The translations under genes were made by a program, and so were the position numbers. From an uncultured bacterium (lineage in GTDB: Bacteria > Bacteroidota > Bacteroidia > Sphingobacteriales > Sphingobacteriaceae): a stretch of 64,000 nt of DNA. The DNA lies in assembly GCA_947085255.1 (NCBI GenBank), contig CAMTVQ010000002.1:68688-132687 (forward strand), read 5' to 3'. How positions within the stretch are numbered: the first letter of the stretch is position 1; each line of letters starts with the position of its first letter. The notes below the pieces were generated by a model that saw nothing but the letters and a program-made list of their open reading frames with translations, had not been told where the DNA came from and made no database searches. This document shows positions 18,961 through 28,889 of this stretch, one piece after another.

Positions 18961-20133
18961 AAGCTCAAATATCCCCGCAGCTCCCTGCCCTGTCCCCACA
19001 CACATACTTACCATTCCATACTTGTTTTTACGTCTGCGCATTTCATTGAAGAGTTGCACCGATAATTTAGCTCCTGTACATCCCAATGGGTGACCTAAAG
19101 CAATTGCTCCTCCATTTACATTCACGATTTCTTTATTTAATCCCAACTCTTGTATAATAGCCAAGGATTGTGAGGCAAACGCTTCATTCAATTCTATCAA
19201 TTCGATATCCTGTAATTTCATATTAGCTCTTTTCAAAGCAGCAGGAATTGCCTCGATTGGCCCAATACCCATGATGCGCGGAGGAACGCCGGCTACGGCA
19301 TAACTCACCAAACGCGCAATAGGCTGTACATTCAATTCCTTCAACATCTTTTCAGAAACAATTAATACGAAGGCTGCTCCATCTGATGTTTGCGAAGAAT
19401 TTCCCGCCGTAACACAGCCTCCTTGTGCGAATACAGGTTTCAACTGAGCCAATTTGGTGATGTCTGTATCAGCACGAGGCCCTTCATCTGTATCTACTAC
19501 ATAATTGCGGGTTTTGCGCTTCTCATTTCCATCTAAAAATATTTCCTCTATATTAATGGGGGTAATATCATCCTTGAACTTACCTGTCTGTATGGCAGCA
19601 ATAGCTTTTTTATGAGAATTAAATGAAAACTCATCCTGGGCCTCGCGACTAATATTGAAATCCTTGGCGACAGCTTCAGCAGTTAAACCCATTCCCCAAT
19701 ACCAATCAGGATTAACCTTTGCGATATCGTAATTCGGGATTACTTTCCAACCGCCAAAAGGAATCGGCGACATTACCTCTACCCCGCCAGCAATGATGCA
19801 ATCAGCCATGCCTGCTTTAATTTTAGCAGTAGCAATTGCAATCGTTTCTAAGCCTGAGGAACAATAACGGTTTACTGTCATGCCCGGAACTTTATCCGTT
19901 TGCAAACCCAATAAAGAAATCATACGGCCTATATTCAAGCCTTGTTCCGCCTCTGGTGTGGCATTGCCGACAATAACATCGTCAATACGTTCCTTATCTA
20001 ATTGAGGGATAGTTTTTAAAATATGTTGAATAACCTGTGCCGACATATCTTCGGGACGAGTAAAGCGGAACACCCCACGTGGAGCTTTTCCTACTGCGGT
20101 GCGGTAACCTGCTATGATGTATGCTTCTTGCAT
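18955..20133 (-). CDS. fadA: acetyl-CoA C-acyltransferase (3-ketoacyl-CoA thiolase)
   Basis: 392 aa. Thiolase motifs VNRYCSSGLE (active-site Cys), NGGAIALGHPLGCTG, C-terminal CVGTGQG. Confidence 0.9.
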   Translation of the reverse strand: MQEAYIIAGYRTAVGKAPRGVFRFTRPEDMSAQVIQHILKTIPQLDKERIDDVIVGNATPEAEQGLNIGRMISLLGLQTDKVPGMTVNRYCSSGLETIAIATAKIKAGMADCIIAGGVEVMSPIPFGGWKVIPNYDIAKVNPDWYWGMGLTAEAVAKDFNISREAQDEFSFNSHKKAIAAIQTGKFKDDITPINIEEIFLDGNEKRKTRNYVVDTDEGPRADTDITKLAQLKPVFAQGGCVTAGNSSQTSDGAAFVLIVSEKMLKELNVQPIARLVSYAVAGVPPRIMGIGPIEAIPAALKRANMKLQDIELIELNEAFASQSLAIIQELGLNKEIVNVNGGAIALGHPLGCTGAKLSVQLFNEMRRRKNKYGMVSMCVGTGQGAAGIFELL

Positions 20134-20142
20134 GTTGTAGTA

Positions 20143-20184
20143 TTTAGATATTAGACAATAGACGTTAGATTTTAGACTTTAGCG
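20143..20184. repeat. tandem heptanucleotide array (6 units, core TTAGA)
   Basis: tttagat attagac aatagac gttagat tttagac tttagcg. Overlaps the 3' end of the four-helix ORF. 20153-20169 is a perfect 17-bp inverted partner of 20540-20556. Confidence 0.8.
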
Positions 20185-20524
20185 ATTCTTGTAATCCACG
20201 ATTCATCTTCTGAATTTCATCTAATTGGGTTAATAGTAAATTTAATTGGTCTTGGCTTATTAGTTTTAATTGATGTGATAGAATTAATTGTGTTTGTAAT
20301 TCGTAAGATGAGCCTTGTGCTATTCCTAAAAAATGAATAAACTCAGCAGTACCATTTCTACCTGCACCTTCTGAAATATTAGAAGTTATTGACACTGCAG
20401 CTCTTCGAATTTGACTTATCAATCCATATTTTTCTTCTTTTGGAAAATTGGCAGTAACCTCATAAACAACAACTGTTAAGTCCATTGCCTTTTGCCATAT
20501 TTTCAATTCTTTCAAATTATGCAT
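20165..20524 (-). CDS. four-helix-bundle protein (23S rRNA IVS / Avd-like family), second copy
   Basis: 119 aa. FPKEEKYGLISQIRRAAVSITSNISEGAGR ... FLGIAQGSSYELQTQL. By-eye alignment shows it is a clear paralog of 18546-18899. Confidence 0.85.
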   Translation of the reverse strand: MHNLKELKIWQKAMDLTVVVYEVTANFPKEEKYGLISQIRRAAVSITSNISEGAGRNGTAEFIHFLGIAQGSSYELQTQLILSHQLKLISQDQLNLLLTQLDEIQKMNRGLQESLKSKI

Positions 20525-20564
20525 CTCTAATATCTATCGTCTAACGTCTATTGTCTCTGCCCTA
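20523..20564. repeat. tandem heptanucleotide array (6 units, core TCTA, the reverse complement of TAGA)
   Basis: atctcta atatcta tcgtcta acgtcta ttgtctc tgcccta. Lies between the four-helix ORF start and the stop of the upstream fadN-like gene. Confidence 0.75.
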
Positions 20565-22967
20565 ATTCCTCAATATCTTCCCTTTAGTTAATAAACTCTG
20601 CATTCTTTCTAGCGTTTTGCGTTCGCCACAGAGCGATAAGAACGCTTCTCTTTCTAAATCCAATAAATACTTTTCGGAAACGATAGTTGGCTGCGACAAA
20701 TCACCACCACACAATACCCAACCTAATTTTTGAGATATTTTTTTATCATGCTCGGAAATGTAATTACCACTAAACATGGTATTAGCGCCTGCATACACAA
20801 TACCCAAACCTTGCTTACCCAATACTTTAATATCCTTACGCATTATCGGTTTGTTGTAACCTCTATCTGCCAATTCTATAGCGGCAGCTTTAGCATCTGT
20901 AATGAGTCTGCTGCGGCTCATTGTTACTGTATCTCGCCCTGCAACCAAATACCCTAAGTCAAAGGCATCGTACCCAGAAGTAGAAACCTTAGCAGTTCCA
21001 ATAGTCAAAAAACGCTCACGCAAACGAGGCAATTCTATATCCCCTTCTTTAAATTCATCGGAAGTACGTACCGCAAATTCTTTGGTACCCCCACCGCCTG
21101 GAATCAAGCCTACCCCAAATTCTACCAAACCCATATAAGTTTCGGCATGGGTAACCACTTTATCGGCATGCAAACACACTTCACATCCTCCACCCAAAGC
21201 CATATTAAACGGAGCGGCTACCACCGGAATATTGGAATAACGCAAACGCATCATTGTATTTTGGAACGCACGAACAGAAAAATCAATTTCATCATATTCT
21301 TGTTCGGCAGCCATCATAAAAATCATGCCTACATTGGCTCCTGCTGAGAAATTTGCTCCATCATTAGAAATTACCAATCCTCTATACTCTTTCTCTGCTA
21401 TATCGATCGCTTTATTGATGCCTGCAATGGTATCGCCACCAATGGTGTTCATTTTTGAATGAAACTCGGCATTAATAATTCCATCACCAATATCGATAAT
21501 GCTTACTGCAGCATTTTTCCAGATGGTTTTGCTGGCGCGAAGATTATCTAAAACGATAAAAGCCTCCGTTCCAGGAATTACCCTATAACTTTTGCTTGGG
21601 ATATCGTAATACTTACGTTGCCCATTTTCTACTTTATAAAATGAAGTATGCCCAGCAGCTAGCATTTCGTGCACCCAAGGTGCAGCTTCGTTGCCATACT
21701 TTTTCATTGCGGCAACACTCTCGGCAATACCGCAAGCATCCCACACTTCAAAAGGACCTAATTCCCAACCAAAACCTGCACGCAACGCATCGTCGATACG
21801 ATACAACTCATCGGCTATTTCTGGAATTCTGTCGGATACATATTCATTCAAGCCATAAAACAAGGTGCGGAAAAACTCTCCTGCTTTATCAGTTCCTTTA
21901 GAAAAAGCCTTCATCCGCAAAGCCAAATTATCTATAGGCTTTAAGGTTTCTAGCGTAGCAAATTTTACTTTGTTTTGCGGACGGTATTCCAATGTTTTAA
22001 GATCTAAAGCCAAAATTTCGGCTTTACCACTGGCATCCTTTGTTTTTTTGTAGAAACCCTGTTTAGTTTTATCGCCCAACCAACTGTTCTTTTCCATCTG
22101 CACCACATAATCGGGCAACTTGAACAATTCGCGCGCTTTATCATCAGGGCAGTTATCATATAATCCCTTAGCTACTTTAATCATGGTATCTAAACCTACC
22201 ACATCCGTCGTACGGAAAGTAGCCGATTTAGGACGACCTAATACTGGACCGGTTAGTTTATCAACTTCCTCTACCGTTAAATCCATTTTTTGCACCAAGT
22301 GCAACAAAGCCATAATCGAATATACACCTACTCGGTTGGCAATAAATGCTGGTGTATCTTTACACAATACGGTGCTTTTACCTAAATGTAAGTCGCCGTA
22401 GAGCATCAAGAAATCAACAATTTCGGGCTTGGTATATGGAGTAGGAATTACTTCCAATAATTTAAGGTAACGCGGTGGATTAAAAAAATGCGTACCACAG
22501 AAATGAGCTTTAAAATCATCCGAACGACCATCGGCCATTAAATGAATAGGAATACCTGAGGTATTGGAAGTAATGAGCGTGCCTTTTGTACGGAATTGTT
22601 CTACTTGCTCAAATACTTTTTTCTTGATATCCAGATTCTCCACCACCACCTCGATAATCCAATCGTACGCAGCAATATCCTTCATGTTATCATCGAAGTT
22701 TCCGATACTGACACGCGAAGCAAACGACTTGCGGTAAAGCGCTGCAGGATTAGCCTTTAAGGTACTCTGCAATGCATCATTTACAATGCGATTGCGCACT
22801 GCTTTACTTTCAAGTGTAAGTCCCTTTGCTATTTCAGCATCATTGGATTCCTTGGGTACTATATCTAACAAAAGCACCTCTACACCTATATTGGCAAAGT
22901 GGCAGGCAATACGGCTGCCCATAATACCAGAGCCTAATACAGCTACTTTTTTTATTGTTCTGTTCAT
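20562..22967 (-). CDS. fadN: bifunctional 3-hydroxyacyl-CoA dehydrogenase / enoyl-CoA hydratase (FadN-type order: HAD N-terminal, crotonase C-terminal)
   Basis: 801 aa. N-terminal NAD motif VAVLGSGIMGSRIA. C-terminal crotonase fold (NFSAGANVGMIFM ... ALGGGCEVCLH). Confidence 0.85.
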   Translation of the reverse strand: MNRTIKKVAVLGSGIMGSRIACHFANIGVEVLLLDIVPKESNDAEIAKGLTLESKAVRNRIVNDALQSTLKANPAALYRKSFASRVSIGNFDDNMKDIAAYDWIIEVVVENLDIKKKVFEQVEQFRTKGTLITSNTSGIPIHLMADGRSDDFKAHFCGTHFFNPPRYLKLLEVIPTPYTKPEIVDFLMLYGDLHLGKSTVLCKDTPAFIANRVGVYSIMALLHLVQKMDLTVEEVDKLTGPVLGRPKSATFRTTDVVGLDTMIKVAKGLYDNCPDDKARELFKLPDYVVQMEKNSWLGDKTKQGFYKKTKDASGKAEILALDLKTLEYRPQNKVKFATLETLKPIDNLALRMKAFSKGTDKAGEFFRTLFYGLNEYVSDRIPEIADELYRIDDALRAGFGWELGPFEVWDACGIAESVAAMKKYGNEAAPWVHEMLAAGHTSFYKVENGQRKYYDIPSKSYRVIPGTEAFIVLDNLRASKTIWKNAAVSIIDIGDGIINAEFHSKMNTIGGDTIAGINKAIDIAEKEYRGLVISNDGANFSAGANVGMIFMMAAEQEYDEIDFSVRAFQNTMMRLRYSNIPVVAAPFNMALGGGCEVCLHADKVVTHAETYMGLVEFGVGLIPGGGGTKEFAVRTSDEFKEGDIELPRLRERFLTIGTAKVSTSGYDAFDLGYLVAGRDTVTMSRSRLITDAKAAAIELADRGYNKPIMRKDIKVLGKQGLGIVYAGANTMFSGNYISEHDKKISQKLGWVLCGGDLSQPTIVSEKYLLDLEREAFLSLCGERKTLERMQSLLTKGKILRN

Positions 22968-22994
22968 GTTTTTTAGCTACTAGACTTTATTTTA

Positions 22995-24746
22995 CTAAGC
23001 GTATATCTGGTCAACCAGTTGGGCGTATCTTTCCAGAATAGCTTTGCGTTTCAGGCTCATTTTTGGGGTCATCTCACCAGCATCGATAGAAAATTCGCGG
23101 GGCAATAGTGCAATCTTCTTTACTTGTTCCCAATGACCAAAATCGGCATTGTAGCGTTCTATTTCACGATTAAATTTATCAAGCACGCTAACGTGTTTTA
23201 TCATTTCTTCATTGTTGGTGTAGGTAATACCTTTTTTCTCGCACCATTCTTTTAGTGCAGCAAAAGTTGGAACGATAAGAGCTGCTGGAAAGCGTTGATT
23301 CTCACCTATTACCATTATCTGTTCGATTAGTGGGCTCTCTTTGTATTTATTTTCCATCACCTGAGGAGCAATGTACTTACCTCCAGCTGTTTTAAATATT
23401 TCCTTTTTTCTATCGGTAATGCGTAGGTATTTGCCATGGTCTAACACGCCAATATCTCCGGTATGAAACCAGCCTTCAGCATCAATAGCCTCTGCCGTAG
23501 CATCGGGACGTTTGTAATAACCCTTCATCACATTCGGTCCTTTTACCAATATTTCTCCATCACTGGCAAATTTTATTTCTACGTGTGCTATTACCGAACC
23601 AGAAGAGCCAAAAACATTGTCTCCAGGACGATTTACAGTAGTTACTGGAGAAGTTTCAGTAAGTCCGTACCCTTGATACACGGGTAGTTTTGCGGCTGTA
23701 AATATTCTGGCTAAACGTGGCTGCAATGCTGCTCCGCCAGAGGTAATTCCTTTTACATTTCCTCCTAAGGCTTCGCGCCATTTAGGAAATATTAATACGT
23801 TGGCAATGGCCAATTGCACATAATACCACCAGCCATTACCGGTATACTCATACCGTAATCCCAAATCAAGTGACCAGAAAAATAGTTTACGTTTAATACC
23901 AGTAAGCTCAGATCCCTTTGCTACGATACGATCATATACTTTTTCGAGCAAGCGTGGCACTGTGGTAAACATCTGCGGTTTTACTTCTTGTAAATTGGCA
24001 GCAATGGTATCTAAACTCTCGGCATAATATACTGCCATACCCAAACTAAAGTACAGATACACTACCATGCGCTCAAAAATATGCGACATGGGTAAAAAAC
24101 TTAATGCTTTATTGGCACCTTGAGGTACAATGCTTTTACACGCTAAAAAATTAGACACTAAATTATTGTGGGTAAGCATTACGCCTTTGGGAGTACCTGT
24201 AGTGCCAGAAGTATAGATAAGGGTAAGCAAATCATCAGGACCTACCTGCTGTTGCAAGGCTACAATTTCGGTTTCACTCCTACCTTTTCCTAACGATTTC
24301 AACTCTGTCCAACAAGGTGTACCCGACAATTCATCAAAGGAGTAAACTGCGATTAATGATGGTATGTCTTTACGTACAAGTGCAATTTTTGCTACTAAAT
24401 CAGCGCTTGCGGCAAAAATTACTTTTACCTCTGCATCATTAAGGATATACCGCAAATCTTGCTCCGACAAGGTAGGATACAATGGCACTTGGGTTGCACC
24501 AATTTGCATGATACCAAAGTCGGTAAAGTTCCACTCTGGACGATTAGGAGACATTATGGCTACTTTATCACCTTTTTTAATGCCCAGTTCCAATAAGCCT
24601 AAGCTTACTGCATTGCAATTGGCAATAAATTCGTCTGTAGAGTACTTGCGCCACACACCCTTTTCTTTCATGGCTACCATATCCTCTTTTTGATGATAGA
24701 CTTTGCTGTATGCCAATAAATCAAAAACCCTACTTACTTCAATCAT
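22995..24746 (-). CDS. fadD: long-chain fatty acid-CoA ligase (AMP-dependent synthetase)
   Basis: 583 aa. AMP-binding motifs LIYTSGTTGTPKGVMLTH, GYGLTET, TGDIG...RKKEIFKTAGGKYIAP. Confidence 0.85.
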   Translation of the reverse strand: MIEVSRVFDLLAYSKVYHQKEDMVAMKEKGVWRKYSTDEFIANCNAVSLGLLELGIKKGDKVAIMSPNRPEWNFTDFGIMQIGATQVPLYPTLSEQDLRYILNDAEVKVIFAASADLVAKIALVRKDIPSLIAVYSFDELSGTPCWTELKSLGKGRSETEIVALQQQVGPDDLLTLIYTSGTTGTPKGVMLTHNNLVSNFLACKSIVPQGANKALSFLPMSHIFERMVVYLYFSLGMAVYYAESLDTIAANLQEVKPQMFTTVPRLLEKVYDRIVAKGSELTGIKRKLFFWSLDLGLRYEYTGNGWWYYVQLAIANVLIFPKWREALGGNVKGITSGGAALQPRLARIFTAAKLPVYQGYGLTETSPVTTVNRPGDNVFGSSGSVIAHVEIKFASDGEILVKGPNVMKGYYKRPDATAEAIDAEGWFHTGDIGVLDHGKYLRITDRKKEIFKTAGGKYIAPQVMENKYKESPLIEQIMVIGENQRFPAALIVPTFAALKEWCEKKGITYTNNEEMIKHVSVLDKFNREIERYNADFGHWEQVKKIALLPREFSIDAGEMTPKMSLKRKAILERYAQLVDQIYA

Positions 24747-24872
24747 ATTTTGCCGTTATTTGTTCAAACCTACTAAAGATAACTATTAAAGAAATATTTT
24801 GAAATTATGTTTTTATAAAACACCTTTATACCAAATTGGTATTTGGTACAAAAATAGCTTTATAACAATAAT

Positions 24873-25880
24873 ATGCAAGTAAAAAATACATTTACAAAAG
24901 AACTAGACCTACGGCTGCCTATTATTATGGCGCCTATGTTTTTGGTAAGTAACACCGCCATGTTAAAAGCCGCTATGGACGAAGGAATTATGGCTGTTTT
25001 TCCGAGTTTAAACTTCCGAAAAGAAGGCGAATTAGCAAGCGTATTGCAAGAATTAAATACCCACAAGCAAAACAGCAGCATTGGCAATTACGGTGTAAAC
25101 TTAATTGTACAAAAAACGAATCCTTTGTATGCTAAACATTTGGAGCTGTGTATAGCGCACAAAGTGCCTTTTTTTATTACCTCTTTAGGTAGCCCTGCCG
25201 AAGTAATAAAAGCTGCACACAGTTATGGCGCCAAAGTATATAGCGATGTAACGAACTTAGCCCACGCCGAAAAATGCGCAAGTTTGGGTGTAGATGGTTT
25301 TATTGCTGTAGGTCAGGGAGCTGGCGGACATGCTGGTCCTTATCCTTTACATATTTTAGTGGATTCCTTACAAAAGCGTTTTCCAAATATTCCGGTAATT
25401 GCAGCAGGAGGTATTGCTTCAGGCACGGCTATTCTTTCGGCACTAAGCAGCGGTGCTGCTGGTGTATCTATTGGAACACGTTTTATTGCCTCTACAGAAG
25501 CATCGGTAAGCGATGCCTATAAAAATGCTGTGGTAACCTCAAAAATGGAAGACATTGTACTTACCGAACGTATATCGGGTACGCCTTGCACCATTATTAA
25601 TACGCCTTACGCCAAAAAGATAGGTTACACCCAAAACTGGCTCGAAAAACTACTTTCTACTAACTCGCAGACTAAAAAATATTTTAAGATGTTGGTGCAG
25701 TTTAGAGGGATGAAAAAACTCGAAGCAGCCATTAAACCGGGCAATTATGACACTTTGTGGTGTGCAGGTCAATCGGTTGAATTAATTGACGATATTTTAC
25801 CTATAAAAACGATTGTGCAGCAGTTGGAAACAGAATTTGACGAGGCATATAGTACTCTAATTAGCCACATTACTATTTAA
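24873..25880 (+). CDS. nitronate monooxygenase / NPD-family FMN oxidoreductase (FabK-like)
   Basis: 335 aa. LPIIMAPMFLVSN, GAGGHAG, IAAGGIASG motifs. Confidence 0.8.
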   Translation: MQVKNTFTKELDLRLPIIMAPMFLVSNTAMLKAAMDEGIMAVFPSLNFRKEGELASVLQELNTHKQNSSIGNYGVNLIVQKTNPLYAKHLELCIAHKVPFFITSLGSPAEVIKAAHSYGAKVYSDVTNLAHAEKCASLGVDGFIAVGQGAGGHAGPYPLHILVDSLQKRFPNIPVIAAGGIASGTAILSALSSGAAGVSIGTRFIASTEASVSDAYKNAVVTSKMEDIVLTERISGTPCTIINTPYAKKIGYTQNWLEKLLSTNSQTKKYFKMLVQFRGMKKLEAAIKPGNYDTLWCAGQSVELIDDILPIKTIVQQLETEFDEAYSTLISHITI

Positions 25881-25886
25881 ATCATC

Positions 25887-26396
25887 ATGAAAAAACTTAC
25901 CGCCTTATTACAAAAAGCTAAAACATCTGCTTTTTACCGTTGGATACTAAATCAAGCTCTTTGGCGTGCTATTCCGTTCAACCACCCACACCGATTTTTG
26001 ATAGAGGAGGTAGCTGATGAATCTATTCGTATCCGTATGCCTTATCGTAAAAGCAACCTTAATCATATAAAGGGTTTGCATGCTTGTGGGTTGGCTACTC
26101 TTTGCGAATATGCCTGTGGCTTGCAATTGGTACATTTATTAGGTGCAGATACCTACCGTATTATTATGCAAAAAATAGAAGTGGACTACTTTTACCAAGG
26201 CAAAACCGATGCTGTATTGGAATTTGGCATTACGCACCATTTTATTGATACGGTGATAAAACCCGCGCTAGAAGAGCAAGATGCTGTACTTCATACTTTT
26301 TCGCTGGATGTACATGACATAAACAAGAATCATTTATGCACAGCAAAGGTTACTTGGCAAATAAAAGATTGGAAAAAAGTAAAAACAAAAATTTAG
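25887..26396 (+). CDS. DUF4442 / hotdog-fold thioesterase-like protein
   Basis: 169 aa. NHIKGLHACGLATLCEYACGL, typical of YiiD_C/DUF4442 hotdog proteins. 6 bp after the preceding gene. Confidence 0.55.
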   Translation: MKKLTALLQKAKTSAFYRWILNQALWRAIPFNHPHRFLIEEVADESIRIRMPYRKSNLNHIKGLHACGLATLCEYACGLQLVHLLGADTYRIIMQKIEVDYFYQGKTDAVLEFGITHHFIDTVIKPALEEQDAVLHTFSLDVHDINKNHLCTAKVTWQIKDWKKVKTKI

Positions 26397-26469
26397 TACC
26401 TTTAGTATAATAAGTATGTCATATTCTTAAATGGCAATTATTCCATTCATAGTACTAAAAAAAACAACC

Positions 26470-26970
26470 ATGAAACGTATCACATTATTAGCGACAATTT
26501 TGAGCACTCTGATTTACTCGATTGGAGAAGCACAAGTAGATTACAAACAGTCAGTAGGGATTCGATTAGGCGGCGATGCCAATGGATTAACCTATAAATA
26601 TCAGAAAAACAGCACTACTGGCATAGAGGGTATTTTGCATAGTGCTTCTTTTGGCAGAGGCTTTGGTCTTACAGGACTGTATGAGAAAAATCAAACCGCT
26701 TTTGGTAGAAAGGAATTCCAATTTTACTACGGCGCTGGAGCTCATATTGGTTTTTACAGAAGTGGTTTTTACAAAAGCAGATATAACAATACGTTATACT
26801 ATTATAACTCCACCAGCACCCAACTGGGTATAGATGGAATAATAGGATTACAATATCATATTCCTACTATTCCGTTTGCGATAAGTTTGGATATAAAGCC
26901 TACAATAGAGTTTTTTAGCCCAATTTATAGTTTTATAGACGGCGGATTTAGTATCAGATATACGTTTTAA
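26470..26970 (+). CDS. small outer-membrane beta-barrel protein (hypothetical)
   Basis: The ORF track starts at 26431. The ATG at 26470 gives signal peptide MKRITLLATILSTLIYSIGEAQ. Gly/aromatic-rich alternating strands, ending ...FSIRYTF. Confidence 0.5.
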   Translation: MKRITLLATILSTLIYSIGEAQVDYKQSVGIRLGGDANGLTYKYQKNSTTGIEGILHSASFGRGFGLTGLYEKNQTAFGRKEFQFYYGAGAHIGFYRSGFYKSRYNNTLYYYNSTSTQLGIDGIIGLQYHIPTIPFAISLDIKPTIEFFSPIYSFIDGGFSIRYTF

Positions 26971-28773
26971 CTATTCGGCTTTTAGCCATTTTTTGTACAC
27001 TGCATTTTGCTGAGCGGTAGCATTTTCTACCTTCTCTAGTTTGTAGCGCGCATTAGAAATGGTGCCCAACGTAACTGATAGTGTTTGAATAACTCCATCT
27101 CGACTGATTAGTAATTTAATCACATCGCCTGATTTTTTCATGTTTATCAGTTTAGATAAATCATCTACCCGGAAATTATCTACGGCAATAATCTCGTCGT
27201 TTACATTCAATCCATCGTTCCAAGCAGCACTACCTCGCACAACAGCTGTTACCAACGTTTTGCCATTTGTTACTGTTGTTTGCGCGCCCAAGTACGGTTC
27301 TTTACTATCGGCATCTTTATTCACCAATTTTAATCCTGCATAGGCAAAGTACGTAGCATAGTCTATAGCTTGTGTACCATGAATATAGCTAGCAAAGAAA
27401 GCATCCCATTTTACACCCGAAACTTCTTCTAAAGCCTTTATAAAATCAGCTTCAGTATAGCCTTTAGTAGTATTTTTGTAATGACGATCGTACATTAGTT
27501 TCATCACGTCATCCAAACTCTTTTTTGCTTTTGTGGCATCCATAATGCGCAAATCAATTAGAGTAGCTATAATAGAGCCCTTATCATAATACGAGATGGT
27601 GGCATTTCGTGAGTTTTCGTTACGGCGATAGTATTTTATCCACGCATCTAAACTAGCCTCCGACAAAGGCTGTACTTTATTACCCGGTGAATTTTCTACT
27701 GTACCAATATTACCCGCAACTGTATTTAAGTATTTTTCAACTGTGTTGAAATTTGTACGACGCACAAACAGTTCATCGTAATAAGCTGTAAAGCCTTCTG
27801 CTATCCACAATAAACTGGTATAGTTTTCTTCATCGTAATTAAAAGGCCCTAACTCTATGGGACGTAAGCGTTTTACATTCCACAAATGAAAATACTCATG
27901 CGCCACTAAACTTAAAAACCCAGCATAAGCCGTTTCGTCTTGGTAAGTAAAACGTGAAGTTTGTAAAGTAGTAGAATTTAGATGCTCTAAGCCACCGCCG
28001 CCATTAGCAACATTATGCACAATAAATGTGTAATTTTTGCAAGGATTTTCGCCAAACATTGCTGTTTCTTCCTCTATAATTTTTGTAAAATCTTTTATTA
28101 GTCTCTCCTTATCATACGTTGCCTGCCCATACATGGCAATGCTGTGAGGAATATCTGCCGCCACAAAATCAACCACCGCATGGTTACCTATTTCGAAAGG
28201 AGAATCTGCCAATACATCATAATTAGGAGCAGAAAACATCAACTTATTTGTTGTACTGCGCTCTAAAGCAGTAGAAATTTGCTGCCAACCTGTATAAGGC
28301 TCAATCGTAATAGTACTAGGTAACTCTTGTGCACCATCTACATACATAAAAATGCTGCTGCCGTTTAAATACGCATGCGAAGCATCTACAAAACTGGTAC
28401 GTACAGTAAGTTCATACGCATACACCTTATAGGTAATAGTAATTATACTGTTTGGTTTTGATTTAATCTTCCACGCATTTTTACTCGTTTTTTCTACTTG
28501 CAGTATTGCATTTCCAACTTTTGCTTCAAAAGCTTCTACATGACGCGAAAATTCACGGATAAGGTAAGACCCTGGTGCCCATACTGGCATTTTTACAAGC
28601 AGTTCTTCGCCCGCTACATTTTCTATCTGCATGGTTACATTTACGTAATGTGCTTGCGCCTCTGGGAACGATAGCGTGTAGCTAATGGGAGACTGGGGCA
28701 TATTTGCGTAAACAGAATGTGCAGTCATAATTAGTAGAAGGAAAAGTGTGGTTTTAATTTTAGAACAACTCAT
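26971..28773 (-). CDS. M61-family glycyl aminopeptidase-like metallopeptidase with C-terminal PDZ domain
   Basis: 600 aa with a signal peptide. HEYFHLWNVKRLRP zinc motif characteristic of M61. PDZ-like C-terminus (GLNVNDEIIAVDNFRV). Confidence 0.8.
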   Translation of the reverse strand: MSCSKIKTTLFLLLIMTAHSVYANMPQSPISYTLSFPEAQAHYVNVTMQIENVAGEELLVKMPVWAPGSYLIREFSRHVEAFEAKVGNAILQVEKTSKNAWKIKSKPNSIITITYKVYAYELTVRTSFVDASHAYLNGSSIFMYVDGAQELPSTITIEPYTGWQQISTALERSTTNKLMFSAPNYDVLADSPFEIGNHAVVDFVAADIPHSIAMYGQATYDKERLIKDFTKIIEEETAMFGENPCKNYTFIVHNVANGGGGLEHLNSTTLQTSRFTYQDETAYAGFLSLVAHEYFHLWNVKRLRPIELGPFNYDEENYTSLLWIAEGFTAYYDELFVRRTNFNTVEKYLNTVAGNIGTVENSPGNKVQPLSEASLDAWIKYYRRNENSRNATISYYDKGSIIATLIDLRIMDATKAKKSLDDVMKLMYDRHYKNTTKGYTEADFIKALEEVSGVKWDAFFASYIHGTQAIDYATYFAYAGLKLVNKDADSKEPYLGAQTTVTNGKTLVTAVVRGSAAWNDGLNVNDEIIAVDNFRVDDLSKLINMKKSGDVIKLLISRDGVIQTLSVTLGTISNARYKLEKVENATAQQNAVYKKWLKAE

Positions 28774-28889
28774 GGCAATATTTTTGCAAGTATAAAAATT
28801 AAAATCAGGGTATCGAAACCATGTTCACCTCTTTGCGTTGTATGAAAATTAAATTATATTGCACTTTATTAACACAATTATTTCGTAAA

